A stretch of DNA of 63,346 bases, counting the filler, from Choristocarpus tenellus KU-1152 (Eukaryota > Protista > Phaeophyceae): assembly GCA_964200185.2 (NCBI GenBank). It is 12 parts of 12 records of this genome, joined end to end, with 100 filler letters (N's around TTAATTAATTAA, not from the genome) between each part and the next. Parts side by side here need not be neighbours in the genome. Positions count along the whole stretch, not along the records: positions 4,797 to 17,716 come from CAXNAD020001660.1; positions 17,817 to 21,332 come from CAXNAD020019511.1; positions 21,433 to 30,599 come from CAXNAD020003922.1; 9 more parts are not named here. The stretch is one strand, 5' to 3'. The notes beneath the pieces are model-generated. The model had not been told where the DNA came from. It ran no database searches and was given only the letters and a program-made list of their open reading frames with translations. Positions within the stretch are counted from its first letter, which is position 1. Each line of letters starts with the position of its first letter. The position numbers were made by a program, and so were the translations under genes. Shown piece after piece: positions 13,681-27,023 of this stretch.

Positions 13681-14699
13681 GGTGTACAAGCAGTTCTAGG
13701 AAGTATTTTTTAGGTGGTTGTTCATAAACAACAGGGTCAACTTGGAGTGCAATAGTCTGGTCTGCGCAATTTTGCTGCATACTGTATTGCATCTGTTCAT
13801 AAGGTATCTTGTTGAAAGTATACATACACCTTTGTCCTTCTGTGGGCTTCAAGCTGTTTTAACTGATATGTAGTAGTTACATTTTTTTCAAACGCGGTAT
13901 TTTCACACAAGTATGTGATGTGTCAGTAGTATGAAAAAAAATTGGTGCAGAGTTTAGTTGTGCCTGTTTTGTGTGTATGTGTGTGTGTTGGGGGGGGGAT
14001 GCTTTAGAGTTCTACCCTATTACTGTTGATTCAATACATCTACTGTTGACTAGAACTAAGTGTATATATTGGATTTACCATGAATGCTACATATTCTTTC
14101 GCATTGCCGTATTGGGTGACAAGGTTTGTCACCTTCTCCCACCCTTCATTGGCAACTTCATGCTGCTACACTACCGTAGCCTCATATCAGCAGCCTTTTT
14201 CCCACCCCTGGGATTGTCACCACCCCAAGTAATGGCATGCTACCCAATATTTCCATTATGCTGAAAGAGGGTTTCTGCAAACTGAGACAAAACTGTGCAT
14301 AGTAGTAAGTTTATCTTGGGGATGGGAAACATGGAGATGAATGAAGGGTGTAGTGTAATGGTAAAGTCAAGACTGTAGTAGTAGTAGTAGTAGTAGTTCC
14401 GCTCAGCTCTTGATTGGTGTGATGCAGCACCGAGTCAGATTATGATGCCTGAAGGACATCATGCCAATATCACTGGATCACTCATTTTGCTGATTGCTTC
14501 TAGTAGTTCGACCAAAGATGATATCAGTCTGAACGTAATTGTCAATCATAGAAAAATAAAATGTACATCGGAATCCTGCAAGTCCAATAAATGCAAATGA
14601 CCGAGTCCTAATGACTGCTTTATACATTCAGCCATGTACAAACATTTCCTGTTGACAGCGGGTCTCTGGAGCGGTTTGTTGCTGGAGGTGTAGTTTAGT

Positions 14700-15215
14700 C
14701 GACAGATTTGAGGGGTAGGAGCACTTCGGTGTTGATGTTAGATGAGTAGTATCAATGTGTATTTGGATGAAGTGTCTCTGCGGCAATTTAGATCTCAGGG
14801 TGCAATGTGATCTTGTAGTATCATGGAGGCAGAGTGTAGAGTAACAGACAGCACGTTATTGGGGCATATATGCGGTAAATTTTGGTGGAGGGTGCAGTGT
14901 GATGCTTGAGTAACAACAGTGGTAGAGCTCAAGTGTCCCGACCATATGGCACACAAGGAGCGTAAAATTGTGCGGGTGTGTAGAGTGATGTTCTATTAGT
15001 GACAGTAGGGCCCGCAGCCCTCAGTACTCGAGGGATTGCATATTCTTCGGTTAATTTACGTGGGCATGAAGTGTGAAGAGTAAATCACGTTCAGGTTGGA
15101 AAGGGCAATATAATTGTCGTGGAATGGGCTAAGTCTTGGAGTGAAATTAGGGTGGAGGGTGCAGTGTGATTTCGAGTAGGGACAGTAGGGACGCTAGGCC
15201 TTGATACTCAAGGTG
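14700..15215. repeat. Degenerate ~90-bp-period tandem repeat, 5-6 units
   Basis: Motif ~tgcggtaaattttggtggagggtgcagtgtgatgcttgagta recurs near 14779, 14871, 14959, 15046 and 15137. Confidence 0.6.
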
Positions 15216-16978
15216 GATAGTCTTATGATACATCCTTTGATGCAGAGAACGTTACAGGTTATCGTTCTACTAGTATTTTTCTTGTCAGGCAGTTGCGGTA
15301 GCCTGCCCACCTATTTAATGGTAAACTTTGTGAAAGGGGCGGAGAAACAAACAGCATCCAAAAGGGAGCCTTTGGTATCTTAGAAGGGGGTGCATACAGT
15401 TTTTAAGCCTCTTGGACATGTGCTTCTGGTACTGTGAAAGACAATTTCGTGCTTACGTGCATATATATTCTTTTGATAGAACCACAGCTTCCTAACAGGT
15501 GTTGAATGCATTTCAGGCACGGGAGTGCGATTTTAGGCAGAAGGTGTAAGGCCCTAAATACTTAAAAGAGACTAAATGGACCCCCCTCTAACATAGTCTC
15601 CCGCTTTCAATTTTGTATGTAAAACCCCCCTTACTAACCACTGTTGCCTGTGCATTTCGGAAGTGAGGAGGGTGGGTGTGATCGTGAATTACGTTGCTGA
15701 ACAAGGGCTGGCACAGGTGCAAACAATGTTTTGCTCCTGACTGCGCTTCGAGCATTATTGCGGTGCTTCAGCTTACTTGTCCGTGCTCTTCCATCAGTGA
15801 ACAATACTAATGTTATGGCGGTGAAGATATAGGAATCTATTTTGAGAATTAAACCAGAGAATTAAACGAATGTTTCAAAGTAGTATTCGTTGTCATCCTT
15901 TTTTGTTGCTCCTATTGTCAAAACACTAAAAACTCAAAGTCCAACCATGACAAGAAACCCTGGAAAGGGGATTCAGGACAACGCTGAAGCTTGCTCACTC
16001 TTTCGCCCATCCTCAAGGGACCTCCTTTCTTCTGGCCCTGATCAAACCATAATTCCACAATGTTGATAGCCGTTTTTGGTGGTTTCAACACCATGATGGC
16101 TGCTTCACATTTACATATTCCTCTTTCTTTGGCAACAACTGAAATAAAGCTGGATACCTCTCTGCCACAACTAGTAGGACAAATTATTCATGTGTCAATT
16201 GTCTGAATTCTGGAGTGTCGTTTCCCGTTCACTGCACTCAATCTTTACGTTCTACAACAAACTCCAGAAGATCACCTATTCAACAACCCTAAATCAACAA
16301 CACTATATGCCAGGAGGAAAACCACCCCACCACCTTCACAATGCAATATACCTCCACTTGATCGTATCGTCTAATCACAACTTCAACCTGATCTTGCTAG
16401 CATCCAACTTTATAAACCCAATCGATTTTTCAAATGCAGGTTGTAAATCGAGGTATGCTCCTTAATCCATGTAGAACTCGACATCCATATCTGATTCAAA
16501 ACCCAAACGACACCGATCCTTCAACTTCAACCTTCAACGCATCCACCCTACTTTCAACGCATATAATTCTGTGATCCCTTCAGATTTGACGTACACAATT
16601 ATATGCGGAATATGGGGCAACCATATCTATTTTTGTTTTCATCTTAAAACGCGAGAAGAGACCTCTATTGGTTGCCTCTCGTTCCAACCCACTAACTGCA
16701 TCAGTCATCCCATTCCAGTTGGAACAAAAACTTTGTGTGAAGTGCTTGGGAGTACTATCAATATTTTTTTTACATACATACATATATGCTGACTATAATG
16801 GTAAACAGAAGTTCGTTCTGGAGTAAGAGTATATGCAATATGTGATTAAGATATAGTATTTGTGTCTTTCTTTGGTCGATTGGTCACATACATCATCAGA
16901 ATGTGGTTCACTTGTGGACCCCAATCAATCATGAAATACGAAATAAATAATCTTGAGTGAATAAATAAGTGTATGTGT

Positions 16979-17050
16979 GACTTTGTGGCGCAACGGTAGC
17001 GCGTCAGATTCCAGACCTGAAGGTTGCGAGTTCGAATCTCGTCAGGGTCA
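16979..17050 (+). tRNA. trnW: tRNA-Trp (CCA), intronless
   Basis: Acceptor stem GACTTTG/CAGGGTC, D arm TGGCGCAACGGTAGCGC, anticodon loop TTCCAGA, T loop GTTCGAATC, followed by a TTTTT Pol III terminator. Confidence 0.95.
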
Positions 17051-17816
17051 CTATTTTTCACATTCACTATTTTTCAAGAACAGGTACTATATCGGTCGAT
17101 GTGGTTAGTCTATGGATGGTATTTCTCTGAATCGAGATAACATGCGATTTTTTTGTAGTTCTGTGAACCAAAGAACTTTCTGAAGTGGTATCAATAGCTT
17201 CGCGGTCTGTGGCAATCTTGCTTTTTTTCACTGTCGGCCCAGAAGAGAGGTATGCCACAATGTATGTCAAAAGAATACTTACAACAAGAGCGGTTGAAGA
17301 TCTGTATGCAGGAATGTATAAAATCTAGTGAACGGGAACTATATCCCAATCAAAGAATGGGAAAAACGCGGGGGAATAACTCTGGTGCAATTTTGATGGT
17401 CACAACCTCAAAAGGTATTCAAAAATGACGTGGTTGACTGAATTCCCCGCAAAAAACTGGTCCGGCGTAGGCCCTGCCAAAGTACGGTGCGAAAAAAAAC
17501 CCCAGGAATCTCGGACAACTTTTAAATGCCTTTGCAGACTTTCCTTGAACACATACACAGGTGACCCACACAGCAATATGGACCATGATGGTGAGAAAAG
17601 GAGAACCGCTGAGGCCACTCTGCCCCCTGGATCTGTTAGAGGCGAATAGCGCGAGTATTTCTTCCCGCGCTTTGACCAGCGCGAGCAGTATACGCACGTG
17701 GGGAACCCCAAAAGGGNNNNNNNNNNNNNNNNNNNNNNNNNNNNNNNNNNNNNNNNNNNNTTAATTAATTAANNNNNNNNNNNNNNNNNNNNNNNNNNNN
17801 NNNNNNNNNNNNNNNN

Positions 17817-18205
17817 GAGACAATTTATGCAGGCGGTTGTCCACTCTAGTATAACCCTTTGAACCCCAAAGTGGTAGGAGATGAGGATGCGCAGGAACAC
17901 CATAAAACATTTCAAACGGGGACTTCCAGTGTGGATTAGCAGATGTGGGGGATAAGTTAGTAAGAGTGTTAGCCATGTTGTGCGCCTCAGCCCACAATCC
18001 CAGTCGATCCCTCAGACCAGCTGCATGCATCATGACCAAACCCTTTTCCGCAATCAGGGCAAGAGCCCTTTCCACCTTCCCATTGAGTCGAGGAGTTCCA
18101 GGCACAGTATACTCCTGCCGGATATTACGTTCATCGAGTACATCCTCAAAATCAACATTCTTGAACTCCGTCCCTTCGTCAGTTCTCACCCATTCCTGCA
18201 CATGA
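17817..18205 (-). mobile_element. Ty1/Copia integrase fragment
   Basis: VRTDEGTEFKN...QEYTVPGTPRLNGKVER...LWAEAHNMA...SPFEMFYG: integrase DDE core. Confidence 0.9.
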
Positions 18206-18799
18206 GGTCCTTCCACAACACTCAGTGACAAGACAGGAAAATTAGTGTGGACAGGTGGAAGACCAAAGTTTGTAAATGAAATAGAACAAAAAGAAATATG
18301 ACTTGAATGTAGGTGGAGTTGGTTGGGCATGGGCATGGTGGACGTGAAATTTGCTGTCATTAGTATGGTTTGGCGCTGTACTCGCAGTCAAATAATAACC
18401 TTAGAGTCATGTTCATCTTGATATTATTATATACATTTTCACTGTTGGCGTTTTAAGTGTCATAACACCTACCTGAATCTTTTTGAGTTGATACGAAATA
18501 TAGTGGAATACTCGATTTGTTAAAGTTAATACAATTTGCTGCTTTTAACGTATCACATCCCAATATTATTATGCAATCAATTTAACCGTCACCACTACTT
18601 TTGATTGCGACTGCTTGTTTCTAATGGTAAATCTATTTTCAGAGGATTACTCTTGCGTCCCTGTTTCCCTGTATTCGTGTGACATGAAGTGGCAAGTGTG
18701 TTTTTTGATCATGTGTTGTTAATCTGAATGAGTGACGCATTGTCTATTCTTGACTTCAGAGTAACAATATAAATAATAATAGGGTAAATATTGATAATA

Positions 18800-18928
18800 A
18801 ATACTAATGTAATGTTGATCACTATTTTTAGGATGTTTCATTTCTTTAGGGCTAATAACGACTTATGTATAGTTTTCATTGGTTTCCCCCCTGACACATC
18901 TACAAAATGTCAGAGGGCATAATAATGT
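18800..18928 (+). mobile_element. Isolated 3' end of the CRE-like retroposon
   Basis: gtatagttttcattggtttccccctgacacatctacaaaatgtcagagggcataataat matches the terminus of the 55940-58225 element. Confidence 0.8.
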
Positions 18929-19429
18929 AATATCACTATGAAACAAATATTTCATCTATTCTTATTAATGGTAATTATAAAGAAATTGAGAAAAAGTCCT
19001 TTCACAATTTTTTTTTGTCTCGCCCTCCTAAATTTTGAGGTATTTTCACCAGGCATCGAACTAATGAAGTTGCGACCAGCAACCAGACCAGTCCCGACAA
19101 TATTTTACCGCGTCCCAGTACATGCCTACTAGCATATAACCGGTCCTCGTACATGTCCAGATTGGTTCCACGATTACTTAACATGCGGTTCATGTCCACT
19201 AGGTATGGAACCAGTCAATGTATTCCGCCTTGACCAGGTCAAACATTCTCAAACATCTCCAGACTATGTCCACAGGATTTTTTAATGGTCAGTGTCCGCT
19301 AGTCAGCCAGTCTAACTTTTTCCCTTGCATGTACGGACCATGACCATCTGTCAGTTCATTTTTTTTTCAGCATGTACGTACCATATCCATTAGGTGTTAA
19401 GGAAGTGTGAGTGAGAGATAGTCTAAGTT

Positions 19430-20590
19430 AAGCGAAACCCCGGTATGCTTCCAAAAAGATTTATCTGATAGAGGCTTGGTCAGCACATCTGCATGCCCCT
19501 CATTCGAGTTAACATGAATGATCTGTGTTGCTCATGTACTACCAAGTCCCTCAGGAAGTGGTGTCGCACATCTATGTGCTTGGTCCTGTCAGAACTCAGA
19601 AGGGTCGTTTGCCAAATGGATGACCCCTGTGTTGTCCTCATTCACCACATAACAAGATCCAGAAACATCAGGTGAAACAAATTCCAACATACCCCTCAAA
19701 AACTCCTTCACACAGTCCCCCATGGCTATGTACTCAGCCTCTGCAGTGGACTGTACAATGATACTCTGGGTCTTAGAAAGCCAGGCTACCGCTCCCCCTG
19801 ATAGAGAAGGTAGGTCTGTCAAAAGTCTCATTGGCAAAGTCTGCATCAGCATAGACCACTGTTTTCAGTCCTGCTCCTTTCTCGTAGGTTAAGCCCAACT
19901 CCCGTGTTCCTTTTGAGGTACTTGAGGATCTGGGTCACAGCTCTCCAGTGGACACGACTTGGAGCATGTGAGCGATGGGCTACAGCTCTCACTGCATTAG
20001 CCACATCTGGCCTGGTCATGTTACTGACCCACATCAATGCCCCAAATACCTCATGAAAAGGGCAACCCTCTGGCAGGATATCTCCCTCCCTAATTCCCAC
20101 CTTTCTGGAAGAGCACGGATGGGACTTGTTGATTGGTGGGTAAAACGTTCATACAAACTGTCAATGTCGTTTGTCTGGGTAGTGGAGAGGGTACCACACT
20201 TCCAATCTCTTGTGTAAGTGCAAGCAGAAAACTGAGACAATAAGGCCAAGGAACTCTTCATTCAGGGAGGCACTCATTACAATCATCAACAGACGCCAAA
20301 ACCATCATGTCATCCACATGAACTGCAAGGATTATCTTGACAACACCATCCCTCCTGAGTCTAAATATACACGGGTCAATCAGGCACTGCTCAAAACCAC
20401 TGCGCTTAAGGGTGGAAACCAGCTTGGTATTCCAAGTCCTAGAGGCTTGCTTTAAACTATACAGGGATCTGTGAAGGCCTACGGTTGTATAGGAGAGGTC
20501 TTCACACCCCTGCCGGAGGCGCATGTACACTTCCTCATCCAGATCAGATTGAACAAAGGCCTGCTCTACATCTAGGCACCACATCCTCAG
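19430..20590 (-). mobile_element. Ty1/Copia RT-RNase H relic, frameshifted
   Basis: LDVEQAFVQSDLDEEVYM, SLYSLKQASRTWN, AVHVDDMM, TRPDVANAV, STAEAEYIAM, RTRHIDVRHHF, ADVLTK. Confidence 0.93.
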
Positions 20591-21501
20591 GATGGATCGA
20601 TCTTGTAGGAGAGTGAAGCTGTCTAAAGGGGGAAATGGATTGATTTTGACCCTTTTGAGTTTGAAGGTCCTTTTGAACCTTTCGCAGTGTTCACCATACC
20701 CATGCCTGAAATGCAGCTAGCATCCCCCTTAGAAGAGGTCGTGACTGCAGAAGAAGATTAGAAATCAGATGTAACACGCTAATAACTGAAAGCACCCTCC
20801 ACAGTATTAGCGCTCAAGCTACATACTCAATCTGTTTAGCATCAGTTCGAACACTTAATGGGTCAGAAAATATTGTACTGGGAAGGCGCTTCTTGAGGCT
20901 TTAACAACACGCCCCAACGTTAGTTTTTTTTTCACACTCCGACCTTCTGCCCTTCCAGTCACCATCTTCACAGTTCAGGTGCCGTAAGTTTTTCTGTAAT
21001 ACAATTGTTGTACTCCTCACGAACCCACGATCACTTGTCTAGAACCAAAACGAAACTCATACAAGCGAGATTGTTTCGACATCGAGTAATAATCGAGTAC
21101 ACGGAACAGTTACTGACTATCCATTTCACTTCTTATTTATTGTTGCAAATATATATTTGTTTCTTCTATAATATTAATATTTTGCCACGGTTTTGAGACT
21201 CCCTAGACTTTTATTGTGAAGGTAACAAAAACTACACACATGTGAGAGCCATCTTCCACAGAAGGTATACCCTGAAGGTAACCTATCTTGAAGAATCTGA
21301 TATTCATACGACATTTGTTCTTGCATGTTGAANNNNNNNNNNNNNNNNNNNNNNNNNNNNNNNNNNNNNNNNNNNNTTAATTAATTAANNNNNNNNNNNN
21401 NNNNNNNNNNNNNNNNNNNNNNNNNNNNNNNNCCCCCTCCCAGATACTTTGGGACAAAGCATAATATCGGGGTATACATTTTCCTTTAAACAAAATGAAG
21501 A

Positions 21502-21510
<9 letters not shown>

Positions 21511-21544
<34 letters not shown>
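21511..21544. repeat. (TG)n microsatellite; others are (GTA)n ~14375, (TAT)n ~42831-42860 and (CA)n ~48256
   Basis: Seen directly. Confidence 0.9.
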
Positions 21545-21549
<5 letters not shown>

Positions 21550-22719
21550 ACCCTCTGTTAAAATAGTGTATTTTCAATAGTTTTAAATACATCATACTTT
21601 GACTTGGCAAACCTCACCTGTGCGACCTCAGCAATTGCAGGAGGCATGTGTAGGTAGTACCACCAGACTCAACCCCATTACTTGGTCCCAGCACCTTCAC
21701 AGTCTGCGTGATCACCTTATGTTGACATAGCAAATGTATGGTTTGGATGTTTCAGAGGCCTTTGCATCAAGTATATCTCAGTATATAATGATGTTGAACC
21801 TCTCTCTGAAGCTAGTGTAGGTTCAATCAAAGGAATCATAATAACAAAATTGATACCAGAATATACGTTGAACCAGTACACTAATTGTTATTATGGAACT
21901 GCAGCCTTGGTACAAATACTATGGAGAAAAATAATGGTCAGCTGTCTCCCCCAACCACGTGGATCGCAGGACTTTTCTTGGTATATGACCAATGGACCAT
22001 AAAACAATCAGGAGCCTTCCTGAGGTGCATGTATGTATAGAAAGGAATAGCATTCTTCTGTGGCAGATGTTTGCAGTTTTAATACTCCTGACTTTAGTTC
22101 ATTTCCACACCCCAAATATTTGTGGCATTTTCATTAGAACAACTGAAAACAAGATGTCCCACACAGTGGAAGACCCTACACACAAGGTGCACCAGTAAAG
22201 AGACAGGATCCCATTTTTCTGCAGAGTCTTGATGTACGAGATCATGGAGAGTATGTATCACAAGACCATTAACCTACAATCTAACATTCACTTTTGTTGC
22301 TATTATGAATACTAGAATTTTCAACAGGGCTGGCCTTGGCTACTCAGAAATATGGCAATGGTTCGGTTCTGGCAAGTACATATTTTGGAGACGATCTGTA
22401 GAGATACAACTGGATACCACTGCAAGCTACACCAGCAACTGCACACCCATGCTAATCACGACAACCTCGAATTGGGACTGCTCTGGGCCATCCAATTGTT
22501 GTGTACTCTTCCTTTCTTCTGCATTGCTATCCGAGATATCTTGCTTAAAGTGAGCTTGATCCACTGAGTCAAAGGGATGGCTGAGGTCATGGTTACAAGA
22601 GACAGAATTGACATACCGAAAGTACAGAATTTGTTGGTGGTGGGGGACATCAGATTGATCTTCTTGTCTACCTAGCACATCACCATGTTCAAACTCATAC
22701 ATCTATGATGCAGGCACAA

Positions 22720-22977
22720 GAGCCAAAGTATCTTAGAGGGTAGAGCTGTATCCATTTGGGGACCAAAATCCAATGTTGCGATTCTGATGTAATTTTTGCT
22801 ATCGTGTTTGTTAGAAAGTGTCAATATCCTTGTTCCGGGCCCACCTTTTCATATCATTTACATTTTACCTACTCCGAAATATTATGGAGTAGGAAAATGT
22901 CGTAAAAACCCCAAGGGAGGCCAAGCCCCAAATGGACAAACAGGGCAAAACTCGTACCCTCTAAGATACTTTCACTC
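22720..22977 (+). mobile_element. MITE family A, full copy
   Basis: Same TIRs as 9489-9747; flanked by a 4-bp ACAA/ACAA repeat. Confidence 0.9.
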
Positions 22978-23268
22978 ACAAGCATTCAATATTCAATATT
23001 CAATCTATGCCCCAGGAGTGCATTTGAGCCTTTCCCTCTTTCTCACTCGATTTCTCTCTCTTCCCCTTTCCCTGTCTTTGCCTATGTTCAGGAACTGCAC
23101 TTTTACCTCACTCCAATATTTCTATCCCACTTGTGAGCAAAACCTTGGGTATGTGTCAGCGCCCTCACTGTATGGACATTATCAGGTTGTGCTCTGCACT
23201 AGGAGAGATATCGTTAGATTGGAACTCTTGTCCATGCCATTGTTTTTTGGAATAAGGATATTGCTTAC

Positions 23269-26200
23269 ATGTGTTGGTAGTGTTTCATCACTTCCAGGAA
23301 CGACTGTCCTTCCACCTGCAACGAGAGTATAGCATGGGCCCTCTAATATAGGATCTAACCAACTAGGTGTCATGGTTTGTTCAGTTTAGGAAGCACTGTT
23401 AAGTACTTAGACAAGGAATGCTAAGTCAGACGTGGAAAAGCAGCTTTAGTTCCATCTCATCTATTAGGAAAAACATCTAAACAATAGTTTTCCTAACTCT
23501 GCTGACTGTGCACAACACAGGAAGTTGTAAGGACTTATAACTGTTGAGTCTCGCACAACAACAAGTTTCCACAAAAAATGCCCTTGCTAGAGTGACCTAC
23601 TCAGTTATTCTCAAGTTTCACCGTTGATTGCTTCAGAACATTTTGCACAATTGGAATACCACTAATAGTTCCACATTTGAGTGTCAGATAAAAGGCTTCA
23701 TTCATTGCACTCGTGGAGTATACATTGAGCCTACTCATAGGCATCAAAAGACACAACCACCTGGTACAATGTTTACACCTGAGGAGCCCGAGCATCCAAT
23801 CAGAGTCGATGGAAGGCGAGGTTTGCTCTCGAGGGACTTCCACATCTGTTGCAACGGTGATACTAGTTTCTGTTGGAGTGAGGGCTGGTCCAGGATCTCC
23901 TTTCTGTCAACACCGATAATAGTATGAGCACAACACATGTCAGTCACCTTGTGATCAGATGCTGACTCGATAATATCCAATAAAATCTAGAGGAAATTAA
24001 GGACCTATCGACTTTGGAACACATCCTTTGAAGTTTGTCAATATGCACATTAATTGCAGAATTTGCACCAGCCTCTCAACTACGATGATTGTCTCTCTCT
24101 GTACAAAAAATTGCTCCTTGGGATGCAAATAGTGGATTCTTCCTTGCCAGAAGAGTGTGGAACCATGATTGTTGAGTGGAATTATGTTTCAGATCAGTCA
24201 TGCCCAGTACATGCCAAAGCAGCCCAAGAGTTCGAGCACACACTCACCCTTGCCACGAATAGCAGCTTCAGCTTGATTGGATCCGCTGTCTCCCTCAAAA
24301 AGAACTTCCCTGCTTTGGGGGTGAGCACCTCCCCTTCCTCCTCTACAGAAGTTCAATTGGTCGTTTCAGTGTCAAGGGCACCCCTACAGCCTACAGTTGA
24401 ATACTGAGTACTTAAGTATGGTTAATGGTTCACACCTTGGAGAGTATAGACACTGAGATTTACGAAATAAAGAAAAATCAAGATCACTATCCACTATTTT
24501 GTTGACTGGAAAGGCCTCAACTAGACCCTATGCTACATTCTAAGAGGTGCCTGGAATAGTTGGCTTCCCGATTCTACAGTGACCACTGGAACCTAGTTGG
24601 AGCTACATTTTGTTGAATATTCCTCTTTCATGATGATTGATATGGTTCAAACATCGATTGCTGTGCTTGTGGAGGGTGTTTGAGTCGAAGTAATTGAGAG
24701 GTGGGCAGGGTTGTATAGTAAGGATCCCGAGAAAGGACAAAAATACACCATTTTCTTCAATTGCAGAAAGAGGCATTTTTGTTAATTGAGGTGTGTCACT
24801 TTGTGTGTGGAAAGGGGGAATAACAATTTGCGTACACTAATGAGTACATAAAGCAATGAAATAGATGGCCTAGAGCGCAAAAGGGTTCAAACCTGCCTAC
24901 TTCTTCATTACTTTGACTCTTTGCCTAATTTCCATTTGCGCAAAATATGCACCTGGTATGCTCCCTACGTACATTCATGCAGCACTCGGATTTGAGGATG
25001 TGGGTGCTCCATGGACTTTGATAGTGTTCTGCAAGATGGAGTGGTACACTCACCCAACCTGAAGCTTTGAAATGTAGTTGGTAGGTATTGGGCTGACTTA
25101 CCCTTGACATTGTCTTCTGGGGTTAGAAGGGTATGCCTCAGAGCCTCCTCATCAATGCTAGAACCTTTGTACCATTCAGGAGTCATTGTGCCGCCCTTGC
25201 TTTTGTTGATCACTCTCTCCCCTCTGCAGTCGTGCTTATAATATGCAACATCACAAGGTTGGCTGAATTGGCCTGGTGCAGTGCCCTCACTTCCAAAAAG
25301 AAGGAGGCATTCACATTCTTCAGCTGTTTTATCTTTTTTTGCAACTTCTCTCGGGGGTATTGCAGGAATGTGTCCATCCAATCCCTTTAGTGCTTTCTGG
25401 GGACCGTTGAGCAATCTGCTTTTTGGGTTTGCCTCCATCTTGTCTTTCTCTACGATGTGAAAGCTATCAGGGGGTGTCTTGTTGAGAGGTTTGCAGTCGT
25501 TGCTGGCCTGGTGGAGGTGTGATGCCTGAAGTACTTGCAAGCGGTTGTTACCAGTGTCTGCCACAATGATCTGGATTGTAGCAATAGAGAAACAGTGTGC
25601 CAGTCACTGTGACCGTAGACGTGCACCTGTTCTGCGGGAGAAAATGGGATACAACTCACATGCTCTCATTTCCAAACGGACCACAAAGTCCCACCTCATC
25701 ACGGTCGAGAATATACGCAACTCCCTCCGGCCCTTGCATGCAACCTGGTCTGATATTTCCTTTCCTTCCAAGAGTCCCAAGGAATTGTCTAGATTCTTCA
25801 TCAAACACTTGTATTCGATGGTTACTGTTTGGTTTCCGTGGAGAGATGATAAAAAAAGGATAGATAGACACGCAAGGAATGGAAAATGGGTTTGTCTTCT
25901 TACAAAATTTACCCGTCCTTTTTTTTTGTGACGGGGCAACCTCTACTGATTGTGTTTGTTATCTGCCCATAAGTCAATTCCAGACATGTATTTTTTTTTA
26001 TCAGGGATTCGTTTTCGAGGACCACATGTTTTGAAGGTGGGCAGAGCAGTACTGTAATATCACGTCTTGTGTTGTGTGTGGCCACACATATCTAATAAAG
26101 TTTGGGACGAGGATGGAGAGAGATACTCCTCTGGGCAACAAGCTCTACACATCATCCTTCCCACCTACTGTCTGCCACGGCTAAGTTCTTGCTGTTAGTA

Positions 26201-26574
26201 GAGAGAGAAATTTGGCATGGCTGCATGAACATTCCAGGTTTTCTGCCCTTGCTGCCGAGAGACATCTGATCTTGAACCCCATCTGCAGAGAACGTCTGTG
26301 CACCAAGGAAAGGATCAAAAAGTAATACCACTTCAACAGGTCGTGTACCCCAACAATTAATGGAGGCGCCATTGAGAGTTGATTTGCTTACTCTTCTTGG
26401 AGGAAATTAGTCAGCAATGGACATCCTCACCTCGATGCGATGGCCTATATAATCTGACACATGAACGCGGTCATCATCAGTAATCTGCACACCCTTTATC
26501 AGTCCAACATCTGCTATCCAGTTGGCCAACACCGATCTCGACGATCCAACATCTTGATAGTCGCGAGCAAGCAT
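23269..26574 (-). CDS. NHL-repeat (beta-propeller) protein with putative SH2 domain; exons 26574-26431, 26295-26165, 25824-25695, 25570-25102, 24342-24248; further probable exons near 23907, 23315-23269 and 21715-21618
   Basis: In-phase splicing gives NHL repeats (RVHVSDYIGHRIETF, GSKGRKPGMFMQP, LAVADSSNHRIQVF, IIVADTGNNRLQV, FGSEGTAPGQFSQPCDVA), then PEWYKG...EALRHTLL...AGKFFLRETA..KLKLLFV. Downstream exon joins are not resolved. Confidence 0.8.
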
Positions 26575-27023
26575 CAGGCCCTACCCCCAGTGCGGATGCG
26601 ACACTACTAATTTTAATTTTGCCTCCTACGATTCAAGTGTAAACCAGAGCTCAGGAATTCCCCACTCTCATCAAAGACATGTTGGGGGAGATGAGCGTAA
26701 GTAGTTTGAGTATATTATGAACTACTAGTTCAAGAACAGTAATAAGATGGTATAAACCAGTTTCAACTTACTACCGACAGAATTATTCGAACCGACCGAC
26801 GAGATGGAATGACCAACAATATCGCTGTCGGGATTATTGTTGACATGAAACTCGACAATAGTTGCATCCTCTGCTACGATGATGATTCTATAAACTTAAC
26901 ACAAGGTCGCCGCTGTGGATAATGATGGCGAGCAAAGGGAGAAATGACTATAGAAGGGCATAGTTTTATCCCCAGACTCACACAGGTCGATCATCCGAAT
27001 GTTAAGTTCATCGAACTGAGTAA

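Noticed and set aside
14700-15215. CRISPR array
   Set aside because: Repeats are too divergent, some spacers are related to each other, no cas genes are present, and the context is eukaryotic.
17401-17716. Possible transposon end near the tRNA gene, suggesting tRNA-targeted insertion
   Set aside because: Single copy, cut by the contig end, with no partner TIR or ORF.
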